Shown: piece by piece, positions 28,411 through 38,845 of the stretch
Layout of the letters: each line of letters starts with the position of its first letter
Position numbering within the stretch: position 1 is the first letter of the stretch
Source of the DNA: Armatimonadota bacterium
Lineage (GTDB): Bacteria > Armatimonadota > UBA5829 > DTLH01
Length of the DNA stretch: 64,000 nucleotides
Reading direction: 5' to 3'
Assembly: GCA_038207085.1 (NCBI GenBank)
Contig: JBBRAE010000004.1
Span: 107,361 to 171,360, forward strand
The notes under the pieces: generated by a model
The model's input: only the letters and a program-made list of their open reading frames with translations
The model's database searches: none
What the model was told of the DNA's origin: nothing
Program-made: the position numbers and the translations under genes

Positions 28411-28660
28411 CCTTGAGTCTCCTGTGGGTGAATAAACGATGCGTTTATACTCACGAAGAGGGATTGCTAAACCTTGTCGAGTTCGTCTGGACAGTATTAC
28501 ATATTCCTCTCTTTTCGTCCTTAATCGCGGAGACGCGCGTCTTTCTGATTGTTGTTAGGTGATGGGGTGGTATAGCTTCCGGTGGCTGTAGTACGCCCTT
28601 TGATCTGTGTATCGCACCCTTCGAGAGCCTCAGGGTGAGGGGTTGGTTTGGGTAAAGTTA

Positions 28661-28814
28661 TGAGAGACTGTACCTAACTCTGACATGTGTAACCGCCATC
28701 CTACTCTAATGCTGAGGCTCTCGAAGCACGAAGGATGAGTGACCACTATCTCCCATATTTGATCAATCCAAAACCAATCACGTTGAGGCTCTCGAAACGT
28801 GCGCTCCACCCAAA
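28661..28814 (-). repeat. Repeat family C, copy 2 (plus an extra hairpin unit at 28615-28638)
   Basis: Reverse complement of 7862-8010. Confidence 0.85.
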
Positions 28815-29146
28815 CCCTCGACACAAGCCAATCTCCCCGAAGCTTTGCCCAAGCCCGAAGATGATCTCCGTAGCCTGTCCACGGTTTTCGCGCTTGCCCC
28901 ACATAGCTTGGCGCGAGGCTGGGAAAACCAGGCAGCGAAAATACGGCGGTCGGCACTATTTGCGTTCTTGAATCGCGACAGACGCGACACGGTGCGACAG
29001 CTTCGGATGACGGGTCTATTATCTGCCGATAGCGGCCACTGTCGCCGGTCATGGGGCTTCGGGATGAAAACCTACACCGAAGCATGTCAAGAGTGGTCGA
29101 ACTATGGCTCCCCTGTTCGTGTCAGCCTCATTTTGTTTGGCATCAG

Positions 29147-30520
29147 CTACTCCCGATTCTTCCCGTTCCCATTCCTATGCTCGGGCTCTTCATCGTGCTC
29201 GGGTTTGGGGTGGCGCTCGACTGCTATCTTGTGGAGCCGGCCGCCTACGAGCGTTTTGATTGTGAAGGTGACGTCGTCGTGCTCTACTGTCTCGCCTTCC
29301 TCGGGCTGGTGGCCGAGGATGCCGAAGACGAAGCCGCCGACGGTCTCGTAGTCTTCACTTTCGGGGATTTCTATGTTCATCTGCTCGTTCAGGTCGTCGA
29401 CGTCTATTCGGGCGCTTACGATGGCGTGGTCGGGGTCGATGATCTCGATCATTCGCTCTTCTATATCGTACTCGTCCATGATGTCGCCTACGATCTCTTC
29501 CAATAGGTCCTCAAGGGTGACGACACCTGCCGTGCCGCCGTACTCGTCGCGGACGATCGCCATCTGGATCTTGCTGCGCTTGAACTCGGCCAAAAGTTCG
29601 TCGACCTTCTTGGTCTCGGGGATGAAGTAGGCCGAGCGCATCACCTGCCGCACGTCGAAGTCCTTTAGCTCGCTTGCAAGCACGGGCAGAAGATCTTTTG
29701 CGTGGACGATGCCCAGGATACTGTCGACGTTCTCATCGTAGACGGGGATGCGTGAGTGGCCGTAGCGCATAACGACTTCAAGCAGCTCCTCAAGGCTCGA
29801 CGTAACTTCAATGCACTTCATATCGATTCGGGGCACCATCACCTGGCGGGCGATCGTGTCGGTGAACTCGAAGATGGAGTGGATCATCGCCTTCTCTTCT
29901 TCTTCGAGCACCCCTTCCTCCTCACCGGCCTGGACGAGCATCTTCAGCTCTTCTTCTGTGAGGATTGGGGTCGTATAGCGAACATGCCCGCCAAACGGGC
30001 GCACGATCAGGTCGCTTGTCACGGTGACAGTCTTGACCACGGGGAGCATGATGATGGAAATGAAGTTGATGATCCCGCCGCAGAAGAGTGAAATCTTCTC
30101 CGAGTTCTGAAGCGCGAGGCTCTTCGGCGCGACTTCGCCGATCACCAGCGTGACAAACCCCACGATGGATGTGACGATGAACACCGACAGCCCAAGCGAG
30201 TTGTCTGAAATCAGCCGCCAGTCGACGCGCTGCAACACTAATGCAAGAGGCTCAGCGAGCGTTACTGCTCCAATAGCCGACGCAAGGAACCCTACAAGCG
30301 TGACCCCGATCTGAGCCGTTGCCATAAACCGCGTCGGGTTCACAAGCAGTTTCTGCACGACATGCGCAGCCTTGTTTCCCTCTTCGACAAGCTGCTTTAT
30401 CCGCGTGCGTCGCACGGATATCAACGCAGTCTCCGCAAGCGCAAAGAACGCGTTTAGTGCTATCAATACTCCAACAAGAATCAGTGTGGATCCGATATTA
30501 TGGGCTGGATCGCCGTCCAA
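29147..30520 (-). CDS. Hemolysin family CNNM/CBS/CorC domain protein
   Basis: [42 protein letters not shown] motifs; TTG start with AAAGGAG SD. Confidence 0.92.
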   Translation of the reverse strand: MDGDPAHNIGSTLILVGVLIALNAFFALAETALISVRRTRIKQLVEEGNKAAHVVQKLLVNPTRFMATAQIGVTLVGFLASAIGAVTLAEPLALVLQRVDWRLISDNSLGLSVFIVTSIVGFVTLVIGEVAPKSLALQNSEKISLFCGGIINFISIIMLPVVKTVTVTSDLIVRPFGGHVRYTTPILTEEELKMLVQAGEEEGVLEEEEKAMIHSIFEFTDTIARQVMVPRIDMKCIEVTSSLEELLEVVMRYGHSRIPVYDENVDSILGIVHAKDLLPVLASELKDFDVRQVMRSAYFIPETKKVDELLAEFKRSKIQMAIVRDEYGGTAGVVTLEDLLEEIVGDIMDEYDIEERMIEIIDPDHAIVSARIDVDDLNEQMNIEIPESEDYETVGGFVFGILGHQPEEGETVEHDDVTFTIKTLVGGRLHKIAVERHPKPEHDEEPEHRNGNGKNRE

Positions 30521-30548
30521 GATTTCGCTCCTTTGGAAGCAACGCCGG

Positions 30549-31259
30549 TCATTTCCCCGGCGAGATAAGGTAGTATACAGCAAACGACACCGCAATTGCC
30601 AGCACGGCGCCGGTGATGACCTCTTTCAAGGTATGAATCTTAGCCTCAACGCGGCTCTGGCCGATCAAAAGCGCCATCATAAAGGCGATGATCGCAGTCG
30701 CAAGGCTTTTGGACAAAAATAGTATCGACATCGCAGCGAAAAAGCCGATAGCGGTGTGAGCGCTGCACACTCCACCCTTCCATAGTTTTCCCTTCCGACC
30801 ACCGACTTTCCACATGATGACAAGCACGCCAAGGAGCACTGCTGCGACTGTGAAAACCGTCTGCCATCGTGGTTCAAGAGTCCCAAGTGGCAGCGTGATA
30901 TCCGGCCACTCGCTTCCCCCGAAGAAGAGCAGGAACCCGACGATGATCGCGTTAACGACCGTAACAAGCACCGCACCCGCCGCGATGTCCTTTGCGAACT
31001 TGGCAAGTGGGTGATACGTCTGGGTGACGAGATCGACCGTCGCCTCAATCGCCGTGTTGAACATCTCGGCCATAAGCACAAGCGTGACGGTAAAAAGAAG
31101 CACCATCACCTCGACGCGGTTGCGCTGTGACACAAGGCTGACGAGCAGCACCAGCACCAGCAGCAGGAAGTGGAACCTCATGTGCCGCTGGGTCCGAAAG
31201 ACGTGCGCCACACCTTCCATCGCGTATTTAAATCCGTTGAGCGGGTTCTTAAGTCGCAT
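30549..31259 (-). CDS. dgkA: Diacylglycerol/undecaprenol kinase fused to a PAP2-like domain
   Basis: EMFNTAIE..VD, AKDIAAGAVL; C-terminal SAH...SRVEAKIH. Confidence 0.88.
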   Translation of the reverse strand: MRLKNPLNGFKYAMEGVAHVFRTQRHMRFHFLLLVLVLLVSLVSQRNRVEVMVLLFTVTLVLMAEMFNTAIEATVDLVTQTYHPLAKFAKDIAAGAVLVTVVNAIIVGFLLFFGGSEWPDITLPLGTLEPRWQTVFTVAAVLLGVLVIMWKVGGRKGKLWKGGVCSAHTAIGFFAAMSILFLSKSLATAIIAFMMALLIGQSRVEAKIHTLKEVITGAVLAIAVSFAVYYLISPGK

Positions 31260-31292
31260 AATTGTTTGGGTTAGCTGCCAGCTTGGGGACGG

Positions 31293-31424
31293 GATCGAGC
31301 GCGATATTTATCGCGCACGCAAAGAAGAATGAGGGAGTTAACTCCCGATGAATCGACTATTGTCGATTGTCCGGACTTAAGTCCTCGTTGTTCTTTGCGT
31401 TCGGGAGCAATCTCCCGAACGATC
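31293..31424 (+). repeat. Repeat family B, copy 2
   Basis: Shares core with 4392-4513 and GGACTTAAGTCC and GGAGCAATCTCC modules with 59515-59673. Confidence 0.9.
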
Positions 31425-31450
31425 GAGTCGTATATCGTTAATAGCTGCTT

Positions 31451-31882
31451 TTACCTCGCCGCCTGCTCGCCGATCACAGCCGCGGCCCTTTCTTGCATTA
31501 TGTTAGCGTTTTCAGTTGTATCATCGGTAAACCCGAGCAGGTGCAGTATGCCGTGACAGAGGAGCAGGTCCAGCTCATCGTCGACCGGCTTTGCCCGTTC
31601 TTCGGCCTGCGCTATCGCGGTGTCGACCGATATCACCACATCCCCGAGCACGTCGGGGTGCACCGCGGGGTCGTCGTACTGGTAGAACGACAACACGTCG
31701 GTCGGGTTGTCCTTGCCCTTATACTCTCGGTTAAGCTCGGTGATCCCCGGGTCGTCGACCAAAACTACGCTCACTTCGGTCGAGTCCGAGCAGCCTTCAG
31801 CTTGCAGCAGCTTCTCCGCTGTCGACTTCAGCCGGGACAGGTTCACTGGCTTCTGCTGCCTGTTGCTGATCAGAATTTCCAT
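31451..31882 (-). CDS. ybeY: rRNA maturation endoribonuclease YbeY
   Basis: PTDVLSF, LGDVVIS, HGILHLLG motifs. Confidence 0.92.
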   Translation of the reverse strand: MEILISNRQQKPVNLSRLKSTAEKLLQAEGCSDSTEVSVVLVDDPGITELNREYKGKDNPTDVLSFYQYDDPAVHPDVLGDVVISVDTAIAQAEERAKPVDDELDLLLCHGILHLLGFTDDTTENANIMQERAAAVIGEQAAR

Positions 31883-34067
31883 TGGTCGCGCTCTTTCCGT
31901 TCTCGCCTGCGGTCGCTTCATATTCGATCCTGGAGTGCAGGACCCCTGTAAGCGTCCGGATAAAGACCTGACTGATAATTCCTATGTCTCTGAATGTGAG
32001 ATCTGAGTCCGAAAGCTGCCCGTCCTGAAGCCTCTCCCCGATTATCTTCTGCACCATATACTCAAGCGCCTGAAGCGACGGCTTGGCTATGCTCCTGGAG
32101 GCCGCCTCGACCGAGTCCGCGAGCATCACGATCGCCGACTCTTTGCTCTGAGGCTTCGGTCCGTCATACCTGAACTGCTGCTCAAGCGCAGCCGATGGTT
32201 CCACCTGCTCAGAAAGCTGGTTGTAGAAATACCGAACGACCGAGGTCCCGTGGTGCTGCACGATGATCTCCTGGATGCTCTCCGGGAGCTTATACTCGCG
32301 CGCGACCTCCAGGCCGTCGTTGATGTGAGAGGTGATAACAAGCGCGGAAAGCGTCGGGTTGAGCTTGTCGTGCGCGTTTTCCATCATCTGGTTTTCCACG
32401 AAAAAGTGCGGTCGACGGATCTTGCCGATGTCGTGATAGTAGCTCGCGACCCGCGCAAAAAGTGAGTCGGCGCCTATCGCCTCAGCGGCCGCTTCAGCAA
32501 GATGCCCAACGGCCATGCTGTGCGTATACGTGCCCGGAGCTTCCACGACGAGCCTTCGCAGTATCGGCTTGTTCGTGTCGGCCAGCTCAAGGAGCGATAT
32601 GTGAGTCGTCACCCGGAAAAGCTTTTCAAGCGGCATCGTGGCGATCCAGAAGAGCATCGTCGCCGGAAGCGCGCCGAAGAATACCGACCACACAGAGGCC
32701 CACGCCATATCCATCGTCGCGTCGCCGAGGATCCCTCCGAGCAGCCAGACCACCGCGATGTTGGTGAGCCCGATAGTCCCAAGCGCGCGGAGCAGGTCGG
32801 CGCGTCCACGGATGTTCGCCACCGCGTAGATCGCGACAAGCCCCGAGACAAGCGCGTCGGTCGTGTAGCGAAGCTCGTTTCCAGTCACAAGCCCGCAGAC
32901 GAGCGAGAGCATCGCGACGATCAGCACCGCGACCTGTGGGTTAAGAAGCGACGCAAGCACCATCCCGGCGGTCGTGATGAACATCAGCCCGACGTAGATG
33001 AACATCATATCCATGTACGGCAGGTGCATGCTCGTCATCTTGAGCGCCATGACGCCGCTTCCGAGCTTCATCCCCGCTGTCGCAATCACTACGACAAGCG
33101 CAAGCATCGCAAGAAGCCGCGTCGTCTTGAAGATATCGGGCTGGTAACGCGCGAGGTAGAGCATCACAAGCGCCGCAAAGAACGCCACAAGCACCGAAAG
33201 CGAGACCACCGTGCGGTAGTCTATTCTGCGTTGTGTGAGTCCGAGCGCGACGAACTTTTCGATGTGCTCCTGTGTGCCCCGCTGGCCCTTGGCGACGATC
33301 ATCTCGCCGTTTTGAATCTGCGCATAGACTGGTTTGATTGCGGCGACGGCCCGTTCCTGGTCGGCATCGGTGCGCTGCGCGTCAAAGGTCATGTTGGGTC
33401 GCAGTACAAGCTTTGCGAGGTCAGCGGCGGCAGACGCTGCGGGGGTGTCGCCAAGAGTATCGACCGCAGCCGTAGATATTTTTGCGCGGGCACGGGAAAG
33501 CTCGGCGATCTCGTCTCGCACCTCACCGCCCATCGCATCTTTGACGAGTTTGGCTGAAACCCTCTGCACGCTTTTTAGCACCGGCTCACGGGCTTCGACC
33601 ATAACGATCAGCGAGTCGAGCGGAATCTGCATCCCGAGCTTCTTCTTGAGGTTCTCGCGCGCTTCTGTAAGCCGCAGCCCTTCGGTGGAAAGTGTCTTGT
33701 TGACTCGCACCTCGTGGATCACATCAAAGAACGCCTGCAGGTCTGAAAGCGCCTGCTCCTGTGCGAGTGGGACGCGGTCGTAGGCTTTGCCGACGCGCAG
33801 TTTGGCTTCTTCTCGCTGCCGCTGGGTTTCTGAGATGTCGAGGTAACGCACGGTCCTGTGAGCGCGCACGTCTTCGCGGGCGATGTCACCGGGCGCAAGT
33901 GAGATGCGGTCAGGCAGGTGCATGCCTAATATGACCGACAACAGGACGATCGTCCCGACGGCAAGTCCGGCCCGCTCGATCCTGATTGTGATCCTGCGGC
34001 GCCTGCCGGTTTTCTTGTCGGAATCTTTGCGGTGGACCCTGCGAGGCAGGGGCAAGTGGGGTTTCAT
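31797..34067 (-). CDS. 7TM-HD phosphohydrolase (PgpH-like c-di-AMP phosphodiesterase)
   Basis: Extracellular domain + ~7 TM + EAPGTYTHS...YHDIGK...HHGT...LADSVEAA. Confidence 0.9.
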   Translation of the reverse strand: MKPHLPLPRRVHRKDSDKKTGRRRRITIRIERAGLAVGTIVLLSVILGMHLPDRISLAPGDIAREDVRAHRTVRYLDISETQRQREEAKLRVGKAYDRVPLAQEQALSDLQAFFDVIHEVRVNKTLSTEGLRLTEARENLKKKLGMQIPLDSLIVMVEAREPVLKSVQRVSAKLVKDAMGGEVRDEIAELSRARAKISTAAVDTLGDTPAASAAADLAKLVLRPNMTFDAQRTDADQERAVAAIKPVYAQIQNGEMIVAKGQRGTQEHIEKFVALGLTQRRIDYRTVVSLSVLVAFFAALVMLYLARYQPDIFKTTRLLAMLALVVVIATAGMKLGSGVMALKMTSMHLPYMDMMFIYVGLMFITTAGMVLASLLNPQVAVLIVAMLSLVCGLVTGNELRYTTDALVSGLVAIYAVANIRGRADLLRALGTIGLTNIAVVWLLGGILGDATMDMAWASVWSVFFGALPATMLFWIATMPLEKLFRVTTHISLLELADTNKPILRRLVVEAPGTYTHSMAVGHLAEAAAEAIGADSLFARVASYYHDIGKIRRPHFFVENQMMENAHDKLNPTLSALVITSHINDGLEVAREYKLPESIQEIIVQHHGTSVVRYFYNQLSEQVEPSAALEQQFRYDGPKPQSKESAIVMLADSVEAASRSIAKPSLQALEYMVQKIIGERLQDGQLSDSDLTFRDIGIISQVFIRTLTGVLHSRIEYEATAGENGKSATNGNSDQQQAAEASEPVPAEVDSGEAAAS

Positions 34068-34070
34068 AGT

Positions 34071-34526
34071 CTACGGAACTTGGTTCTGCAGAACTCGCTC
34101 GACGATCTGACTTGCGAGTTTGCCGTCAGCGCGCCCTTTGAGCCGTGGCATGAGCGCACTCATGACCTTGCCTCGGTCTTTTATCCCCTCGGCTCCGGTC
34201 TCGGCGACAACCTGCTTCACGATCTCGGCGACGTCTTCCTCACCGAGCTGTTTTGGCAGGTATTCCGACAGAATATCGAGTTCCCTGTTCTCTCTTTCAG
34301 CGACTTCGGCTCGGCCTGCCTTTTCTGCGCCTTCGATGGCCTCTCGGCGCATTTTGGCTTCCTTGGCGAGCACCCCGATCACTTCATCGTCGGTAAGCTC
34401 CCGGCCCTTGTCGATTTCCGTATTCTTGATCGCGGACATAGCCATGCGAATGGTAGAGACTTTGATTTCGTCCCTCGCCTTCATCGCGATCTTCAAATCT
34501 TGTTGGAGCAATTCTTTTTGCGACAT
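34071..34526 (-). CDS. yqeY: GatB/YqeY domain protein
   Basis: DLKIAMKA, YLPKQL, GKVM, GRADG motifs. Confidence 0.92.
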   Translation of the reverse strand: MSQKELLQQDLKIAMKARDEIKVSTIRMAMSAIKNTEIDKGRELTDDEVIGVLAKEAKMRREAIEGAEKAGRAEVAERENRELDILSEYLPKQLGEEDVAEIVKQVVAETGAEGIKDRGKVMSALMPRLKGRADGKLASQIVERVLQNQVP

Positions 34527-34604
34527 AGTTTGAGTTACTGGTTCGACGGCGCTATCTGCGCCACCGGTTCTTGAAAGCCGATCGGTTTTAAAGATTGGGG
34601 TTAG

Positions 34605-34648
34605 ATGTTAGACGCCTTCTGTGACTTTGCAGTCACGGCGTCTAACAT
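34605..34648. terminator. Strong hairpin downstream of rpsU
   Basis: ATGTTAGACGCC...GGCGTCTAACAT outer stem with inner GTGAC/GTCAC stem. Confidence 0.5.
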
Positions 34649-34680
34649 ACCAACATCCAACTTTTCATGAAAATGCGCCT

Positions 34681-34863
34681 TTATCTTCCCGTGCGCATTT
34701 TCCGCTTGCGAGCCGCCTCGGCTTTGCGCCGCTTGTCGCTGGGTTTCTCGTAATGCTCATGAGCTCTAGCTTCCTTAAGGACGCCAGTCTGCTGCAGAGC
34801 CTTTTTGAATCTCTTCAGTGCGCTGTCGAGGGGTTCATTGGGTTTTACCTGAACCTGTGCCAA
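34681..34863 (-). CDS. rpsU: 30S ribosomal protein S21
   Basis: [12 protein letters not shown]...HYEKPS..RRK. Confidence 0.97.
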   Translation of the reverse strand: MAQVQVKPNEPLDSALKRFKKALQQTGVLKEARAHEHYEKPSDKRRKAEAARKRKMRTGR

Positions 34864-35011
34864 ACATTATCCCTCCTCCACTAATGCGTAGGCTTGTTGC
34901 GCGCGTTGCGGGCAGGGGGGACTGGCAACCATTACTATGGCGAAAACCAATTCCATATATTGAACACACACCCTTAGCCGTTCGCAGTATTCTATTGTAT
35001 GTATGGGCTCT

Positions 35012-35041
35012 ATTATACCCGTTCTGGCAAGTCTGTGTCAA
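35012..35041 (-). promoter_or_regulatory. Consensus sigma70 promoter of rpsU
   Basis: Minus strand TTGACA-18 nt-TATAAT. Confidence 0.75.
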
Positions 35042-35095
35042 GAAAGCTGTTAGCTATTAGCTGTTAGCTTTTAGCAGATAACAACTTTCGGGCGT

Positions 35096-35440
35096 TTATC
35101 CCGGCGGCCAGCCGAGGTCTCTGCCGCCCAAGAGGTGAAAATGGATGTGCCAAACCGACTGCCCTGCTCTCAGTCCGTTGTTCACGACCACTCTGTAACC
35201 GTCTTCGGAGATTCCCCTGTCGCGTGCGATTTTGTTCGCCACAATCAGGATGTGCCCCATGAGAGATGAGTCCTCGTCGTTTTCCACGAGGGCGAGTTTT
35301 TCGATGTGCTTTTTGGGCACTATCAGCACGTGCACCGGCGCCTGGGGTTTGAGGTCGTTGAACGCCGCCACCCTGTCGTCTTCATACACGAGCTGACCGA
35401 TCTCGCCACTTGCCACTTTGCAGAAAATACAATCCGCCAT
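35096..35440 (-). CDS. Histidine triad (HIT) nucleotide-binding protein
   Basis: CIFC, PQAPVH, HIHFHLLGGR..GWPPG motifs. Confidence 0.95.
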   Translation of the reverse strand: MADCIFCKVASGEIGQLVYEDDRVAAFNDLKPQAPVHVLIVPKKHIEKLALVENDEDSSLMGHILIVANKIARDRGISEDGYRVVVNNGLRAGQSVWHIHFHLLGGRDLGWPPG

Positions 35441-36697
35441 CTATATGACCACCTCAGCCTCTGAAATAGTTCCCGATAGACCGCTTTGACCTACGTCTTT
35501 TGTTCTAACAGGCACGATTTCCCCGCGGAGATGGGCCGGTCCGGCGAAAGTAACTTCTACGTAATTATCGGTTAGTCCCGCGAGAACCTCAGTGTGTTTT
35601 CGCTCGACGAGCACCGAAACCGTCTGTCCGACCATCTCCTGTGCAAAATCATGCGCAAGTTTCGCGCCTTGCTCGATCATCCGCTCGCTTCGGCGGGTCT
35701 TGTCGGCCTCGGCGACCTGGTTTGCCATCCCCGCCGCCGCCGTCCCTGACCTTTGCGAATACCTAAACACGTGGAGTCTCGAAAACCCTGTCTTTTGGAC
35801 AAACTCAAGCGAGCGTTCAAACGCCTCCTCGGTCTCACCCGGAAAGCCGACAATCAAGTCCGTCGTCAGGCCAAGCCCGGGGATCGCGCCTCGGACTCGT
35901 TCTATGGCCGCCGCATATTCCACGGGCGAGTAAGGCCTTCTCATAAGCCCCAGCACCCCCGCGTCTCCGCTCTGAAGCGGGATATGCAGGTGCCGGCAGA
36001 CTTTGGGGTTCGCCGCGATCACCGAGACAAGCCTGTCGTCGACCTCCCAGACCTCAATTGAGCTGAGCCTAACGCGCTCGATGCCTTCGATCTGCGAAAC
36101 TCGCTCCACAAGCTCTGCCAGGTCATGGCAGTACGACCCGAGCCTGATGCCTGTCAGCACTACTTCCTTATACCCGAATCCGGCAAGCGTGGAAATCTCC
36201 TCGATGACTTCGGGGATTGGCCTGCTCCACTCGCGGCTCCGGGCGTAGGGGACGGCGCAGTAGGCGCAGAACTGGCTGCATCCGTCCTGCACCTTAACGA
36301 CCGCGCGGGTGCGCACCCGCGGCTGCGCGCGCTCATGCCCGGGGTGGGGGAGAGCGGAAAAGCGCGCTATAAGCCTTTCGGGGATCAAATCCTTGTCATC
36401 ATTGCCGATAACCAGGTCCACTCCTTCGATCTCGGCGATCTCGGTTGGCCTGAGCTCGGCGTAGCACCCCGTCGCGACTACGACCGCCTCCGGGTTGCAC
36501 CGCGCCGCCTGGCGGATCGCCCTGCGGGACTTGGAGTCCGCCGACCCGGTTACGGTGCAGCTGTTGATGATATAGACGTCCGCCGCCGAGGCGAACGGAA
36601 CCGTCGAGAACCCGGCGAGCTCCAGCCTCTCGCGGATCTTCTCAGTTTCGTATTGATTGACCTTGCATCCAAGTGTATAATAAGCTGCTGTAGGCAT
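35441..36697 (-). CDS. mtaB: tRNA t6A37 methylthiotransferase MtaB
   Basis: TLGCKVNQYE, NSCTVT, radical SAM CSQFCAYC, TRAM domain. Confidence 0.92.
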   Translation of the reverse strand: MPTAAYYTLGCKVNQYETEKIRERLELAGFSTVPFASAADVYIINSCTVTGSADSKSRRAIRQAARCNPEAVVVATGCYAELRPTEIAEIEGVDLVIGNDDKDLIPERLIARFSALPHPGHERAQPRVRTRAVVKVQDGCSQFCAYCAVPYARSREWSRPIPEVIEEISTLAGFGYKEVVLTGIRLGSYCHDLAELVERVSQIEGIERVRLSSIEVWEVDDRLVSVIAANPKVCRHLHIPLQSGDAGVLGLMRRPYSPVEYAAAIERVRGAIPGLGLTTDLIVGFPGETEEAFERSLEFVQKTGFSRLHVFRYSQRSGTAAAGMANQVAEADKTRRSERMIEQGAKLAHDFAQEMVGQTVSVLVERKHTEVLAGLTDNYVEVTFAGPAHLRGEIVPVRTKDVGQSGLSGTISEAEVVI

Positions 36698-36844
36698 TGG
36701 AAAAAGAAAAAGTGGGCGGCAAAGGGCCGTCCCGCGCGCGTTTGATGATACAATGTTATCAGCGTGGGTATTTATCGTCAAGTGAGAGTATGTTGAGCTG
36801 GCAGCCGTAAGCTGGCTGCCGACTGCTGACGGCTCTAAAAGTGT

Positions 36845-36873
36845 TTGACATTTTCCACAAGTACGGATATACT
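36845..36873 (+). promoter_or_regulatory. sigma70 promoter of the ffh-rpsP operon
   Basis: TTGACA-17 nt-TATACT. Confidence 0.8.
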
Positions 36874-36971
36874 AGCAAGGAACTGGAAACCGGGAGCAAT
36901 TTGGGAAAATGTGGGCTTCCGCACGTATTTTCCCAAGGGGCTCTTGTGTTCCCGGTTTTGTTGATTGTACT

Positions 36972-38315
36972 ATGTTTGATAGCCTGAGCGAAAAACTTCA
37001 GAACGCGTTCAAGCGGCTGACCGGCAAAGGGGCACTGACGGAAAAAGACGTCGAAGAGGCGCTTCGTGAAGTCCGTCTCGTGCTTCTGGAAGCTGACGTC
37101 AACTACAAGGTCGTCAAGGACTTTGTAGCCCGCGTCAAAGATCGTGCGATCGGAAGCGAGGTGCTGCAAAGTCTCTCGCCCGGCCAACAGGTCATAAAGA
37201 TCGTCCACGGGGAGCTGATTGCGCTCCTTGGAGGCGAGCAGGCGAAGCTCGCTATCTCGGCCAAGCCGCCGACCGTCATCATGATGGCTGGCTTGCACGG
37301 TGCGGGAAAGACGACGACCGCCGCCAAGCTTGCGAATATGCTCAAGAAGCAGGGGAAAAACCCGCTCCTTGTGGCTGCCGACGTGTACCGCCCGGCTGCT
37401 ATAAAGCAGCTACAGACGCTCGGCGAACAGCTTGACATCAAAGTCTTCTCGATGGGAGACAAGCAGGACGGTGTCGCCGTTGCGCGCGCCGGAATGAGCG
37501 CCGCGCAGACCGGTGGTCACGACTACGTGATCCTCGACGTCGCGGGCCGACTGCACATCGACGAAGAGATGATGGACGAGCTTAAGCGAATACGCGAGAG
37601 CATTTCGCTTACCGAAGTTTTGCTCGTTGTAGACTCGATGACCGGTCAGGACGCCGTGAACGTCGCCAAGGCCTTTAACGAGGCGCTTGAGATTACCGGT
37701 GTCGTGATGACCAAGCTCGACAGCGACGCCCGAGGCGGCGCGGCGCTGTCGGTGAAGAGTGTCACCGGCAAGCCTATCAAGTTTGCGGGAACGAGCGAGA
37801 AGATGGACGGCCTTGAGCCGTTCTACCCGGACCGGATGGCCTCACGCATCCTCGGGATGGGCGACGTCTTAAGCCTGATCGAAAAGGCGCAGTCGGCCGT
37901 CAGCGAGGAGCAGGCCAAGCAGCTTGAAAAACGGCTGCGGGAGAACCAGTTCGGGTTTGACGATTACCTGGAACAGCTCAGGCAGATGAGAAAGATGGGC
38001 CCGCTCGACCAGCTTCTCGGGATGATCCCGGGGATGAGTCAGATCAAGGATTTGAAGGTCGACGAGCACGAGGTCGACAGGGTAGAGGCGATTATCTGCT
38101 CGATGACCAAAGAAGAGCGCCGCGACCCGAACCTGATCAACGGCAGCCGCCGTAGAAGAATCGCTGCGGGAAGTGGAACAAGCATCCAGGACGTTAATCG
38201 TCTGATGAAACAGTTTGAAGAAATGCGCAAAATGGTGCGCCAGATAACGCACGCGGAGGACGCTGTGAAGTCCGGTAAACGGAACAAGCTCCCTCGTATG
38301 CCGTTTTTCAAATAG
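36972..38315 (+). CDS. ffh: Signal recognition particle protein
   Basis: MFDSLSEKL, GAGKTT, DVYRPAA, DARGGAALS, M domain SRRRRIAAGSG. Confidence 0.98.
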   Translation: MFDSLSEKLQNAFKRLTGKGALTEKDVEEALREVRLVLLEADVNYKVVKDFVARVKDRAIGSEVLQSLSPGQQVIKIVHGELIALLGGEQAKLAISAKPPTVIMMAGLHGAGKTTTAAKLANMLKKQGKNPLLVAADVYRPAAIKQLQTLGEQLDIKVFSMGDKQDGVAVARAGMSAAQTGGHDYVILDVAGRLHIDEEMMDELKRIRESISLTEVLLVVDSMTGQDAVNVAKAFNEALEITGVVMTKLDSDARGGAALSVKSVTGKPIKFAGTSEKMDGLEPFYPDRMASRILGMGDVLSLIEKAQSAVSEEQAKQLEKRLRENQFGFDDYLEQLRQMRKMGPLDQLLGMIPGMSQIKDLKVDEHEVDRVEAIICSMTKEERRDPNLINGSRRRRIAAGSGTSIQDVNRLMKQFEEMRKMVRQITHAEDAVKSGKRNKLPRMPFFK

Positions 38316-38400
38316 TTCAGAGTTCAGAGTTCAGAGTTTAGAGGAAAGGCGCTAAAATGTCTCTCCAATCTCTGCACTCTGCACTCTGCACTCTTAACTC
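38313..38400. repeat. Inverted pair of heptamer arrays (AGTTCAG)n / (CTCTGCA)n
   Basis: Seen directly; can form an imperfect long hairpin between ffh and rpsP. Confidence 0.8.
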
Positions 38401-38417
38401 TCACTTGGAGGATCGTA

Positions 38418-38759
38418 TTGTCAGTTAGAATCAGACTGCGCCGCATGGGCGCAAAGAAGAAGCCGTTCTACAGAATCGTCGTTGCAGACCAGAGAAGGGC
38501 CCGTGATGGCCGGTTCATCGAGATGCTTGGGTATTATGACCCTACCACCGCGCCTCCTACCATCAAGATTGACGATGAGAAGGCAAAGAAGTGGCTGGGA
38601 GTTGGCGCGCAGCCGACCGAAACTGTCACGATGCTCTTCCGCAGGACCGGCGTGTTCGAGAACCTGAAGCCCGAGGCTCCGGTAGAGGTCGAGCAGCTGT
38701 CCAAGAAGGCTCGCAAGAAGGCTGCTGAGGCCGCCGCTGCCGCTCCGGCCGCTGAATAA
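38418..38759 (+). CDS. rpsP: 30S ribosomal protein S16
   Basis: [26 protein letters not shown]. Confidence 0.98.
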   Translation: MSVRIRLRRMGAKKKPFYRIVVADQRRARDGRFIEMLGYYDPTTAPPTIKIDDEKAKKWLGVGAQPTETVTMLFRRTGVFENLKPEAPVEVEQLSKKARKKAAEAAAAAPAAE

Positions 38760-38845
38760 TCGCCTGTGACCGTGCGGGGTTTGCCCGGCGGTCGCAATGC
38801 CTGGGAGGCACTCCCGGCGCAACCAAAGAGCAGGGAGCAAAAGAG

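Noticed and set aside
28630..29085. Cytidine deaminase remnant (PCRVCR resembles PCGxCR, and cdd often follows dgkA/hemolysin)
   Set aside because: No AYAPYS or CAE/HAE motif was seen, and the ORF runs into repeat family C
32502..33557. 351-aa plus-strand ORF and many similar 100-250 aa overlapping ORFs
   Set aside because: Antisense or alternative-frame shadows of well-supported genes in GC-rich DNA, with no recognisable motifs
36887..36958. SRP (4.5S) RNA next to ffh
   Set aside because: Neither strand has the conserved CAGG-(stem, GNRA loop)-AGCA helix-8 motif
38760..38840. tRNA-like hairpins after rpsP
   Set aside because: No cloverleaf, T-loop GTTCGA or acceptor stem
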